A stretch of 64,000 nucleotides of DNA, from the IMG/VR virus record IMGVR_UViG_3300048597_000133, positions 1 through 64,000 of that record, one strand, 5' to 3'. The position numbers and the translations under genes were made by a program. Below the pieces are notes generated by a model, which saw nothing but the letters and a program-made list of their open reading frames with translations, had not been told where the DNA came from and did not search any database. The DNA is from a virus. This document shows positions 1-8,885 of this stretch, in pieces; positions within the stretch are counted from its first letter, which is position 1, and every line of letters begins with the position of its first letter.

Positions 1-3000
1 TTGCTTTCACCTAGAACAATATCAAATGACACTGCTAAGAACAAAAGAGAAGATAACTATCTTAAGTCCCCTACATTGCCGAAAGACATTAAGGGGGCTG
101 AGGTTGCTGTTACCTCTAGACCATTAGAAGGCAGTAAAAAAGATGAAGATAAAAAAGAAGAGAAGGCTTGGTATGAAGGCTTTTTTGAGGGATTAGCTCA
201 GATGGGTCGTGATATGACCAATACCATTAATAAAGCTGCTGACTATGTTGGGGACTTAATTGGAGACGCTGTAGGAGCTATTGGGTCTTTAATAACAGGA
301 GATTATACTCCTAATGTAAGCAAGGAGTTCGAGGAGGCCGCCAGACGTACATCTGCAAACATAGGCATACCCTATGAATATTTGATGGCCGTGATGGGGT
401 TTGAAACTGGTGGCACATTTAGCCCCTCAGAACGGAATATGGCAGGTAGTGGCGCCACTGGTTTGATACAGTTTATGCCTTCTACAGCTAGAGATATGTT
501 TGGTATAAGCACAGACCAAATGGCTTCTATGTCACAAATAGAGCAACTAGCCTACGTAGAAAAATACTACAAGAATGTATTAAATGGAAGACAGGCTTCT
601 ACCCTGACAGACGCTTATATGGTGGTTCTTTACCCTGCCGCTGTAGGAAAAGGAGATGACTATACTTTATTTCGGTCTGGTACTACTGCATATAGACAGA
701 ATGCAGGACTAGATGTAAATAAAGATGGTACGGTTACTGCCGGAGAAGCTACAGAGAAAGTTAAACAATATTTACCAAGGTCTGGTGATTCTAGAGATGC
801 CTCTAAGAACGGACCTAGTAAAAGTTATTCTCCTATGTCTGTCAATAAAGGTTCTTTTTTAGATGACTCTCCTAAAGGGTCTTATGACTACACTCTATCT
901 AGAAATGGTAAAACTAATGTAGAAATTCCAGCGCCTTTCAGTGGTGTTGTAATTAGTGCTCTACCTGAATCTAAATCGGGTGGGTATGGGGAGGACCTTC
1001 TTATATATGACCCATCTACTAATCTTACTCATCGTCTTGCCCATAACCAAAGACTTTTAGTGAAAGAAGGAGATACCTTTGTTAAGGGTCAGCCAATAGC
1101 AATACAAGGAAGTACTGGGCGCAGCAGGGGTACGCATATACATCATGAAGTACATAAGGGAAAAATTAATTATGCTCAGTCTGTGGGTGCAAGACCACAA
1201 ATGATCAGAGATAGGTCACAAAGTCGTCCTATTGTAGAAGGAATAATTAATGAATGGACCGCTGGGTCTAAAGGAGGAGAAACATCTAGTGCTAAGTCTG
1301 TAAATGATAAACCTAAAAGCTCAGTTCGTAAGGGTTGGATAACTCCTAAGTCAACTAGTGGCTCTGATTGGGTTAATAGCTCTCCTACTAGTCAGAATAA
1401 TATCCCCAGAAAAATAGCAATAGCCGCCGGTCATTGGAATACTTATGGACAAGGAGCACCAGGAGAGCAAGCCTGGAATAAACTAGTAGCTCAACAAATC
1501 GCCAATACTGGTAAAGAACGTGGCTTTGAAGTTGACTATATAGAGCCTTCGAAAACTAAAAAGATGAGTCTAGCTGAAGTAGGAGCCGCCTTAGCAGCTA
1601 AAGAGTCTCAAGGATATTACGCCGTAGAAATACACGCTGACAGAAATGATAGCGCTGGTAGGTCTGGCGTAATACCAGGTTCTAAAGTAGACGCTGCAGA
1701 TATAGCTCTAGCTAAAGTATTTGGTTCTTTCTCTAAAGGACAATACTCTGGCTATGCTTTACCACGTCAAGGGGTGTCTCTTCTAGAAACTGTCGGTATG
1801 GCTGAAGTTAATAAAATGACTCCAGAAGAACAAGCCAAATTTGCTAAAGAAATAGCTGCAATGTTCTTTGACGCTTTGGGGGGAGCTGAGCCTTCTGATA
1901 CTCCCTTTGACCCTAATCAGTTATATAGCGACGATGTTGACGTCTATAAATACCAAAGACCACAACCCCAACGCAGAAAAGTAACCTCTTGGGCAGAACG
2001 AGAACGTAAAGCTCAAGAACGTATCAAGTCTGGACAGGTTAAAAGAGAGTCCTACCAAACAAACCCCAGCCGTCTACGTAATAATGGCGTTAGACCTGGT
2101 GGTAGACCGGCAGAACCCAATCCACAAGCTAAAGCGGACTTGGATATAAAAGAGATAGTGGGTTCTAATTCAGGCTCTAAAGAGTTAGCTATAGTAGCTT
2201 CCGCTGGTGGGGACTTATCTGGATTAATACCTCAAGTCACGGCTTTAGCACCAGAACCTCAAGTTAAGAAACAGACTCCGGCGAAAGTAGAGCTTCCCAG
2301 AGAAATACGTTCTAGGGAAGTTGCTACAGTAGCAGAGACGAAAGGTAGTGTTGGTTATGGCGGCGGCTCAGGTGGGTCTAGCGGGGCGGGCGGTCAATCA
2401 TCCACAGTATCCGGTGTTGTATACACCCAAGGTGATTTAGGTTCCCCTGGAGCATTTCACTTTGATATTAAACGTGTAGAAGGCGGCTTCTATGAGCGTG
2501 AATATCTAGACAACTACGTCCAAGTAAATGGTAAACCCATTGGTTCAGGTATAACAGTTAAAGGAGGTGAGTATGGAGCACCCAGAAAATATGGCGGTCA
2601 TGGTGGTTGGGATTATGCTTTTGGTGATAAGAATGCAGGGCTGACTTTAGTCAACGGCGCCCGCTTAATTAGTGTCACACCAACCAAAACATATGGAGAT
2701 AAGTTAATCTTCCAATTACCTACTGGAGAACAGTTTGCTATTATCCATGGTCGTGCCACCCAATTAGGACGTGAGTCTGCCGGGGCAGAAGGAGCCTATG
2801 CAGCTAATGTCCCTAGTGATAGCGGCGGTGGGGGGCAAATGATGATGAGAAGGCAACCTCCTCGTAGAAAAGTAACCTCTTGGGCGGAACGAGAACGCCG
2901 AGCTCTAGAACGCATACAGTCTGGTCAAGTCGTAAGGCAATCTTACCGGACCAACTCTAGTCGTATAGCTAAGAATAACCAACAAAGCAAAGAAGATGAC

Positions 3001-3591
3001 AAAGGATTATTCGGGTTTATACAAATCCCAAATCTGTTTAAACGAAATACCACACTACCCTCTAAACCTACTAAGGATGATAATCAGTCCTTTACGCCAC
3101 CTGTAGGTAAGAAGCTTGATATTAAATCTCAAGTGTCTCAAAAAGACATTGTTAAAGCCATACCTACAAATAGTAAAGACTTAGATGTAGATGAAATACT
3201 AGACATCAAAGTCAGTCAGGCCTCTGACGCGGCAATGTCTAAAGCCGAAGTGGTAGGTAATGTTATAGCTGAAGCCGCCGCCAAAGCTCACAAACAGAAA
3301 AAAGAAAGCACCCCAGAAAAAGCAGTTAAGCATATTACTAATGTCCAACGTCCGGCAGAAACTGCACAAAATGTCAGCAGCTATACCCGGAGCATAACTA
3401 GTAACATAACCCGCGCTACCAAAACACAACCTGTCTATCAGCCAGACAACGACCAAAATGTCATTTTAGTTAGTTCTCAGATAGACCAGACTATGGTCAA
3501 TGTCAACGTTGCTAATAGTGGGATGAGGTCCCCATGCTCTGGACAGATGGCTGGTAAGAAACAAAGAGTACAAGGACCATGTGTTGCTTAA
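1..3591 (+). CDS. Large multi-domain peptidoglycan hydrolase, probably virion-associated (lysozyme/SLT-like, M23 peptidase, amidase_3-like, second M23-like domain); probably 5'-truncated by the window edge
   Basis: FETGGTF..SGATGLIQFMP (transglycosylase-like); GGYG..AHN..GSTGRSRGTHIHHE (M23); IAIAAGH..E..VEIHAD (amidase_3); HGGWDYA..YG..IIHG (M23-like). ORF is open from base 1. Confidence 0.8.
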   Translation: MLSPRTISNDTAKNKREDNYLKSPTLPKDIKGAEVAVTSRPLEGSKKDEDKKEEKAWYEGFFEGLAQMGRDMTNTINKAADYVGDLIGDAVGAIGSLITGDYTPNVSKEFEEAARRTSANIGIPYEYLMAVMGFETGGTFSPSERNMAGSGATGLIQFMPSTARDMFGISTDQMASMSQIEQLAYVEKYYKNVLNGRQASTLTDAYMVVLYPAAVGKGDDYTLFRSGTTAYRQNAGLDVNKDGTVTAGEATEKVKQYLPRSGDSRDASKNGPSKSYSPMSVNKGSFLDDSPKGSYDYTLSRNGKTNVEIPAPFSGVVISALPESKSGGYGEDLLIYDPSTNLTHRLAHNQRLLVKEGDTFVKGQPIAIQGSTGRSRGTHIHHEVHKGKINYAQSVGARPQMIRDRSQSRPIVEGIINEWTAGSKGGETSSAKSVNDKPKSSVRKGWITPKSTSGSDWVNSSPTSQNNIPRKIAIAAGHWNTYGQGAPGEQAWNKLVAQQIANTGKERGFEVDYIEPSKTKKMSLAEVGAALAAKESQGYYAVEIHADRNDSAGRSGVIPGSKVDAADIALAKVFGSFSKGQYSGYALPRQGVSLLETVGMAEVNKMTPEEQAKFAKEIAAMFFDALGGAEPSDTPFDPNQLYSDDVDVYKYQRPQPQRRKVTSWAERERKAQERIKSGQVKRESYQTNPSRLRNNGVRPGGRPAEPNPQAKADLDIKEIVGSNSGSKELAIVASAGGDLSGLIPQVTALAPEPQVKKQTPAKVELPREIRSREVATVAETKGSVGYGGGSGGSSGAGGQSSTVSGVVYTQGDLGSPGAFHFDIKRVEGGFYEREYLDNYVQVNGKPIGSGITVKGGEYGAPRKYGGHGGWDYAFGDKNAGLTLVNGARLISVTPTKTYGDKLIFQLPTGEQFAIIHGRATQLGRESAGAEGAYAANVPSDSGGGGQMMMRRQPPRRKVTSWAERERRALERIQSGQVVRQSYRTNSSRIAKNNQQSKEDDKGLFGFIQIPNLFKRNTTLPSKPTKDDNQSFTPPVGKKLDIKSQVSQKDIVKAIPTNSKDLDVDEILDIKVSQASDAAMSKAEVVGNVIAEAAAKAHKQKKESTPEKAVKHITNVQRPAETAQNVSSYTRSITSNITRATKTQPVYQPDNDQNVILVSSQIDQTMVNVNVANSGMRSPCSGQMAGKKQRVQGPCVA
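1963..2073 (+). repeat. Copy 1 of a 37-aa internal repeat (copy 2 at 2854-2964)
   Basis: QPQRRKVTSWAERERKAQERIKSGQVKRESYQTNPSR vs QPPRRKVTSWAERERRALERIQSGQVVRQSYRTNSSR; shared DNA core agaaaagtaacctcttgggc(a/g)gaacgagaacg. Confidence 0.95.
2854..2964 (+). repeat. Copy 2 of the 37-aa internal repeat
   Basis: See 1963-2073. Confidence 0.95.
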
Positions 3592-3674
3592 TGTTAGGGG
3601 CCTGCAAAGGGGCCGGCCTAGACAGTCTCAGACTAATTAACTGGTAATTATGAATTGGATTTCTGTTACACATT

Positions 3675-3708
3675 AAAAGCGGCACTATGTCTGCTTACAG
3701 TACCGCTT
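3675..3708 (-). terminator. Probable intrinsic terminator downstream of the tRNA half
   Basis: Minus strand AAGCGGTACTG..TAGTGCCGCTT hairpin ending in TTTT. Confidence 0.55.
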
Positions 3709-3813
3709 AGTCAGGTGTTATTCTTTGATATACAATGACTTTGAGGATTTCACCTGACGACATTAATCTGTCACTGTGTGGGAATTCTCGGGTGGATACC
3801 GCACATACGTGCT

Positions 3814-3852
3814 CTTGTAAGGCAGGCGCTCTACCAACTGAGCTAATCGCCC
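3814..3852 (-). other. 5' half of tRNA-Val(UAC); candidate attP core
   Basis: Minus strand GGGCGATTAGCTCAGTTGGTAGAGCGCCTGCCTTACAAG gives acceptor 5' strand, D arm, anticodon 5' stem and loop. Similarity stops there, no GTTCGA T-arm follows, and it lies about 70 nt from the integrase start. Confidence 0.85.
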
Positions 3853-3869
3853 TTTACTCGTGCTTAACC

Positions 3870-3878
3870 ACTATATCA
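3870..3878 (-). promoter_or_regulatory. Extended -10 promoter for the tRNA half
   Basis: TGATATAGT (TGnTATAGT) on the minus strand, 17 nt upstream of tRNA G1. Confidence 0.55.
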
Positions 3879-3921
3879 TAGGTTACCGTTTTCTACTAAC
3901 TTTTCAACGGGGTATCTCAAA

Positions 3922-5064
3922 ATGGCCGGTCAACCCAGAATCAAATTAGATGTTTTACCAGTATACCGAGGAATGGCTTCTTTATATTCAAGGGGTAATT
4001 CTTTGTCTGTAAGGCTACCAGATAAGTTAGGATTGGGACGTTATAAATTTATATCTTTAGGGTTACCAGCTAACGCAGAAGGAATAGGGCGGGCCATACA
4101 GATAGTCAACGACCTAAACAGAGATATAATCTACGACCGTTTTGATTTCACGCTAGAAAAATATTTACCTACCGCAGCTATAACAGAGCCACCAATTGAC
4201 TTATACGAATTGTGGTGTAAATATTGTGATTATAAGGAGGGTAAAGTTAGAGAGTCTACTCTAGAGTATCTACGCGTCACAATAGGCAGTAAGATACGCC
4301 TAATTCCTATACTTGACATAACTAAATCTGCAGCTATAAGTAAATGGGTAATATCTCATAATACAAAGGATTACGGCATTAGAGTATTAGCTAAAATTTC
4401 TGCTTTATACGAGTGGTCTATTCTCCATGAGTTGATTAACTCTAAAGAGGCTTTAAATCCATATAAAGGACATTTAGATAAAGCACGGAGCAATGTTATT
4501 GATATAGACGAAGAGCCCGACGAAGCCCGCCCACTATCTGACAGTGAGGTTAACAGCCTTATTACTGGGATAAGGCCTGTATTCCGTAACTTCGTAAAGT
4601 ATTGCTTTTTAACCGGATGTCGCCCTTCAGAAGGGATTGGTCTAGAATGGCGTGATGTAAGAGAAGACCATCTTTTTCTGGGTCGCACTTTACGGTGTAA
4701 GAACGGTAAAGTCTTTATGTCGCCTAAGAGTAAGAATAACCGTAACTGGCTATTTCCTAAAACAGAAGAGTTAGCTGACTTATTAGATAAAACTCCTAAG
4801 TTAAGTGACCAATGGGTATTCGCTCAAGATAAACCTAAAATCCAATATTTGTCTTATGACTCTTACTATAAAAACTGGAAAAAGATAATGCCAGAAGAGA
4901 CTAGTCCTTATAACACTAGAGATACATTTATTAGCCGGCAGATTTCATTAGGAATGCCGCCGGCGGTCGTAGCCAAGTGGGTTGATAACTCAGTCAGAGT
5001 TATAGAAAAGCACTACCTAAAAATAGGTCTAGATGTAGTACCCTACTCATTACCAGCTTTATAG
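3922..5064 (+). CDS. int: Tyrosine integrase/recombinase
   Basis: TGCRPSE (Arg I), YNTRDTF (Y/H-x-x-R), WVDNS, KHY (catalytic Tyr); arm-binding-like N-terminus. Confidence 0.9.
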   Translation: MAGQPRIKLDVLPVYRGMASLYSRGNSLSVRLPDKLGLGRYKFISLGLPANAEGIGRAIQIVNDLNRDIIYDRFDFTLEKYLPTAAITEPPIDLYELWCKYCDYKEGKVRESTLEYLRVTIGSKIRLIPILDITKSAAISKWVISHNTKDYGIRVLAKISALYEWSILHELINSKEALNPYKGHLDKARSNVIDIDEEPDEARPLSDSEVNSLITGIRPVFRNFVKYCFLTGCRPSEGIGLEWRDVREDHLFLGRTLRCKNGKVFMSPKSKNNRNWLFPKTEELADLLDKTPKLSDQWVFAQDKPKIQYLSYDSYYKNWKKIMPEETSPYNTRDTFISRQISLGMPPAVVAKWVDNSVRVIEKHYLKIGLDVVPYSLPAL

Positions 5065-5774
5065 ACAGTAGGTCTAGTAGGAAACTTAGGGAAAGACAAC
5101 GGAGGATTAGACTGAGAATCGGCTTCTTTCTTCTTAGGGGTGAACTTATAAGTAAAGCGACCAGACTTAACAGCCAACCGTTCTTGTTCTAGCTTCTGTA
5201 AGGCCGCCCTGGCAGCGTCCTTCCATAAATGTCGGTCAGCACGACTGGGGCTAACACGCAAGTCTAATAGCCGCGCCTTGTCCCCTTCTTTCATGTTGGA
5301 TAAGTACTGACTGTAGATGTGGTCGTTATATTCATAACTGGTAGTATCTGAGAGCCCGAACTTATCTTGGTCTAAATCAGCTTTGACCCTGTTGTAGATA
5401 TAGTCAGATATTTCTAACAGCTCACTGCGAGACCCGAATTTAAGTTCTGCTCCGGTAACCAATGGGTGCGGCACAGAGCCTCTTTTAACAATGCTATCTT
5501 TCTCTACCGGTACAGAGGGTGTGGGACTAACCTCAACGATGTTATTGAGCACTTCTGCTAAGACGTTGAGGGATTTGTAGTCTTCAGAGTTTACGGAGTC
5601 TACAGCTAATTCCTTAAGGCAGGTTAGGAGTTTGGTCTGGCACGTCTGAGACAGACTCTCTAGTAGCGTGCTCAAAGTAGGATCGAATGAGGACTTGTGC
5701 ATAACGGTTATTAAGTAAAGATTGCGTAAGTTTAACTTTTTGGTCTGGCAGTCCAAGGCAGAGGATTTGCCCAA
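5043..5774 (-). CDS. Hypothetical protein (start may be MHKS downstream)
   Basis: 243-aa ORF, no recognised motif. Confidence 0.6.
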   Translation of the reverse strand: MGKSSALDCQTKKLNLRNLYLITVMHKSSFDPTLSTLLESLSQTCQTKLLTCLKELAVDSVNSEDYKSLNVLAEVLNNIVEVSPTPSVPVEKDSIVKRGSVPHPLVTGAELKFGSRSELLEISDYIYNRVKADLDQDKFGLSDTTSYEYNDHIYSQYLSNMKEGDKARLLDLRVSPSRADRHLWKDAARAALQKLEQERLAVKSGRFTYKFTPKKKEADSQSNPPLSFPKFPTRPTVYKAGNE

Positions 5775-6006
5775 ATGGCGGCGTACCTGATATGGCTGCG
5801 ATCAGACCTTTCTCGCCACCGTCTTTATATAGTTCAATGACTTGACCAACATAAGGACTTTCTAGGTTTAGCCAATCATAAAACCTTGGCGCGGTTTCAT
5901 ATCGACGACGAAGGGACACAGCGTATGTACCGCTATGCATCCTTTTAATGTTCTGTTTAGTTCTCGGAGTAGAGGTTAGGTTTAAAACCATATATTAAAG
6001 GTGTTT

Positions 6007-6573
6007 CTAGGGGATGTTAACGCTTAATACATGACCGGTTGAGCTTACTATTATTCCAGTCGCCTCAAACTCTTCTACTGCTTCTAAGAGTCTATTGTCC
6101 AGACCTAGACTTATGTCTAATAAGGCTATGTACGGGTAATGGAAATTTAGGTTAGCGCCGCCGGCCAACATTGCAGTCATGTAGATAGCTTCATATTCAG
6201 ACAGCCCCCACATGATGTAGAGGCCGACTATTAGGCTATGACTTAAGACCTGATAATTCAACTGATAGACAAATCTTACTAAGTCACATTCGAGCAGTAA
6301 TTTGTTATGGGCCTTATATATAGCTCCTATGCAGTCGAATGCTTCTGTGAAGTAATCTATCTGGTCAAATTCGTTGTCTAGCTCATATAGGGGGTCTATG
6401 ACTGGGTCATGGACTAACCCAATAGTGACACTAGGTGTAGTTTCATCTTCAATGGGCGGCGGCGCCCGGTCAAACCCCCCTACATAAATCAAGCCATCTG
6501 AAGGTTTAATCGCTGTAGAAAGGTTTGACCATTGAAAACTAGTCAGTAACTCTAACCTTGGCAGGCTAGACAT
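6007..6573 (-). CDS. Hypothetical protein, possibly a degenerate protein-tyrosine-phosphatase-like fold
   Basis: C-terminal EAI..NFHYPYIALLDISLGLDNRLLEAV resembles predicted-PTP tails; no CX5R motif. Confidence 0.3.
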   Translation of the reverse strand: MSSLPRLELLTSFQWSNLSTAIKPSDGLIYVGGFDRAPPPIEDETTPSVTIGLVHDPVIDPLYELDNEFDQIDYFTEAFDCIGAIYKAHNKLLLECDLVRFVYQLNYQVLSHSLIVGLYIMWGLSEYEAIYMTAMLAGGANLNFHYPYIALLDISLGLDNRLLEAVEEFEATGIIVSSTGHVLSVNIP

Positions 6574-8813
6574 TCGCCTCCTCCATCTTCTGAATGATAA
6601 CTTTGGGTAACAACTTTACGTTCTAGTTCTTGTTGACGTTTAGCCGCTAATTGTCCAGACCGCCCTTCAGCATTCTGAATAGCTTGTGACCGACAATAAT
6701 ACAACGTCTTTAGACCTAAGCGCCAGGCTTCATAGTGAACTTTAGCAAAGTAGGTAGGGTCAGGCTCCGCAGTAAAGAATAGATTTACCGACTGAGACTG
6801 ACCTTGACGATGGCGGTCCATTTCTATTTGGCGCTCGGCAGCTTGCTTGATAATAGCCATCTGGTTAATCTCACGGGCAGTTAAGAATACCTCACGCTCT
6901 AACTCAGATAAGAAATTTAAGTGCTGTACACTACCACGAGCTTCTGTAATAGAATCCCAAGTCTCTTCATCATCACGACCATACTCAGCTAATACTTTCT
7001 GTAAGGTGGGATTATGGAAGAACATGGAGCCACGGCTAGTCTTCTTCTCAAAACTATTAGCAGCAAATGGCTCAATACCAGCACTGACATGACCACAGAT
7101 AATACTGTTAGTGACCGTAGGAGCACAAGTTATGGTGTGAGTATTATGGACACCGGTGCCTTGACACCATTCTGGTTCACCATACTCTTTAGCCATATCT
7201 ACGCTAGCTTTGTGAGACTCATCGGCTAAATGACGGAAGACAGCTCTATTTAGCAAGCTTGCTCCGAATGATTCGAAAGGAAGCTTACGTTCTTGTAATA
7301 AGGAATGCCAACCCATGGCCCCTAAGCCGAGCATACGACTTTTAACAGCAAAGCGATAAGCATTATCAAAGAAGGGTTCCCCTTGAATCTTATCAATGTA
7401 TTCTTGCATGACACCATCTAGGAACCAGGTAGCCCAATATACAGCGTCCGTCTCGCGCCATTCTTCCCACTTAGCTAAGTTCATAGAACTCAAACAGCAG
7501 ACGAAGGTATGACTTGGGTCAGTGTACGCGGTTATCTCGGAACAGTTGCCGGTCATTCTACCGTCCGCTAAAGCGAACATCTTTGTAGTAGGCACGGAAG
7601 TGCAATAGACCGGCACCGGTTCTTCTAGATAAACCCTGGTTACTTGTTTGATTAAGCCGGTGGCTTTATTCTTATGGGTTAATACTTCTAGCAGTGCCGA
7701 GTTAGGACGTGCATAGTGGTCATATAATTCCCGAGCTGTGATGAATTTGGTTTTTTGTGTGCCGACGACACCAAACTCTTGGACGGGTACCCTGTGTTCT
7801 GGTGTAACGTCTATGCTGGTGTCGTCGTTATAGATGATTCTTATAAAGCGGTCATATATCCCTTTCTGTTCAAAGGAGCTATTTGATACCCAGTCTTTAC
7901 CATCCCAGATACTTACTGTCTTACCAACTAAGTCTTTAATGGGGACGGCGCCGTCTTTAGTCCTTACTAACTCTTCACCCTTTAAGCATATATTAGAGGT
8001 CTTTACCTTAAGTCCCAAACGTTCGTAGCCTAGAGGATTAGTCCGATTAACGTTGTCAGTGAAGAATAAGTAAGGTTCGCCGGTTTCAATCCTAGCTCGT
8101 AATATCTGACCAAATAATTCTCGTGCTTCGCCGCCGGCTGATATGGCTTCCATATCTTCATCGGTTAAACATACAGCATGGTGTATATTCATACAGCGCT
8201 GGTTTTCATCTCCAGTAGGGCGGCGCATATTAATGAATTCTTTGATGTCTGGATGACTAAAGGGGAGGTATGCTGCCGATGCGCCCTTTCTTACCCCGTT
8301 CTGGCTGACACCTACGGTAGTAGAATCTATAATCTTACACCAAGGGATAACACCCTCAGAAATATATCCACCACTAATAGAGGCTCCTCTGCCTCTTATA
8401 TCCCCCATATAAATGCCTACTCCAGCCCCTTTAGAACTTAGGTGGGCTAGCTCAGTAACACTGTGGAATATCCCACCAAGAGAATCTTGTACGTGTGTAC
8501 TATTGCACGAGATCGGGAAACCCCGTGTGGTACCAAGATTAGCGAGTACAGGGCTGGCTGGTCCGAGCCAGCCGAGCCACATAATCTTAAAGAACTTCTG
8601 GGCCAGTTCTGGTCGTTTAAGTGATCGGGCAGAGGCTTCAGCTAGTCGAACATAGGCATCCCAAGGAGACTCACCGTCTAATAAGTAGCCCGATTTGAGC
8701 ATGTAATAGCCCTCGGCGGTCATCCAGTCAGGCACTCCATTATCCGGTTTAGTAAAACCCTTGGTGGTCTGATATTTAATGTGGGCTTGAGGCAACTTAG
8801 GGAAGATAAACAT
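6552..8813 (-). CDS. nrdA: Class I ribonucleotide reductase alpha subunit with one mini-intein, no ATP cone
   Basis: PASPVLAN, PISC, TGEPY, SNI|CSEI after intein removal, VCCLSS, APT, GLKTLYY, C-terminal CLACQG. Confidence 0.95.
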   Translation of the reverse strand: MFIFPKLPQAHIKYQTTKGFTKPDNGVPDWMTAEGYYMLKSGYLLDGESPWDAYVRLAEASARSLKRPELAQKFFKIMWLGWLGPASPVLANLGTTRGFPISCNSTHVQDSLGGIFHSVTELAHLSSKGAGVGIYMGDIRGRGASISGGYISEGVIPWCKIIDSTTVGVSQNGVRKGASAAYLPFSHPDIKEFINMRRPTGDENQRCMNIHHAVCLTDEDMEAISAGGEARELFGQILRARIETGEPYLFFTDNVNRTNPLGYERLGLKVKTSNICLKGEELVRTKDGAVPIKDLVGKTVSIWDGKDWVSNSSFEQKGIYDRFIRIIYNDDTSIDVTPEHRVPVQEFGVVGTQKTKFITARELYDHYARPNSALLEVLTHKNKATGLIKQVTRVYLEEPVPVYCTSVPTTKMFALADGRMTGNCSEITAYTDPSHTFVCCLSSMNLAKWEEWRETDAVYWATWFLDGVMQEYIDKIQGEPFFDNAYRFAVKSRMLGLGAMGWHSLLQERKLPFESFGASLLNRAVFRHLADESHKASVDMAKEYGEPEWCQGTGVHNTHTITCAPTVTNSIICGHVSAGIEPFAANSFEKKTSRGSMFFHNPTLQKVLAEYGRDDEETWDSITEARGSVQHLNFLSELEREVFLTAREINQMAIIKQAAERQIEMDRHRQGQSQSVNLFFTAEPDPTYFAKVHYEAWRLGLKTLYYCRSQAIQNAEGRSGQLAAKRQQELERKVVTQSYHSEDGGGECLACQG
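7545..7988 (-). mobile_element. Mini-intein (148 aa) in nrdA directly before the thiyl-radical Cys
   Basis: Starts CLKGEELV, block B VTPEHRV, ends PVYC..MTGN, followed by extein CSEI. Confidence 0.92.
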
Positions 8814-8849
8814 TTGTCTTAGTCAGATGGAGTAGATAAATGGAGACAA

Positions 8850-8872
8850 GGCGGAGACATTACATCTCCGCC
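8850..8872. promoter_or_regulatory. GC-rich hairpin between nrdB and nrdA
   Basis: ggcggaga..tctccgcc inverted repeat with no strong U tract. Confidence 0.4.
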
Positions 8873-8885
8873 AACGGATGACTAG

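Noticed and set aside
3814-3852. Complete or intron-containing tRNA-Val gene
   Set aside because: No 3' anticodon stem, T-arm or acceptor 3' strand and no group I core downstream; treated as an att-site fragment.
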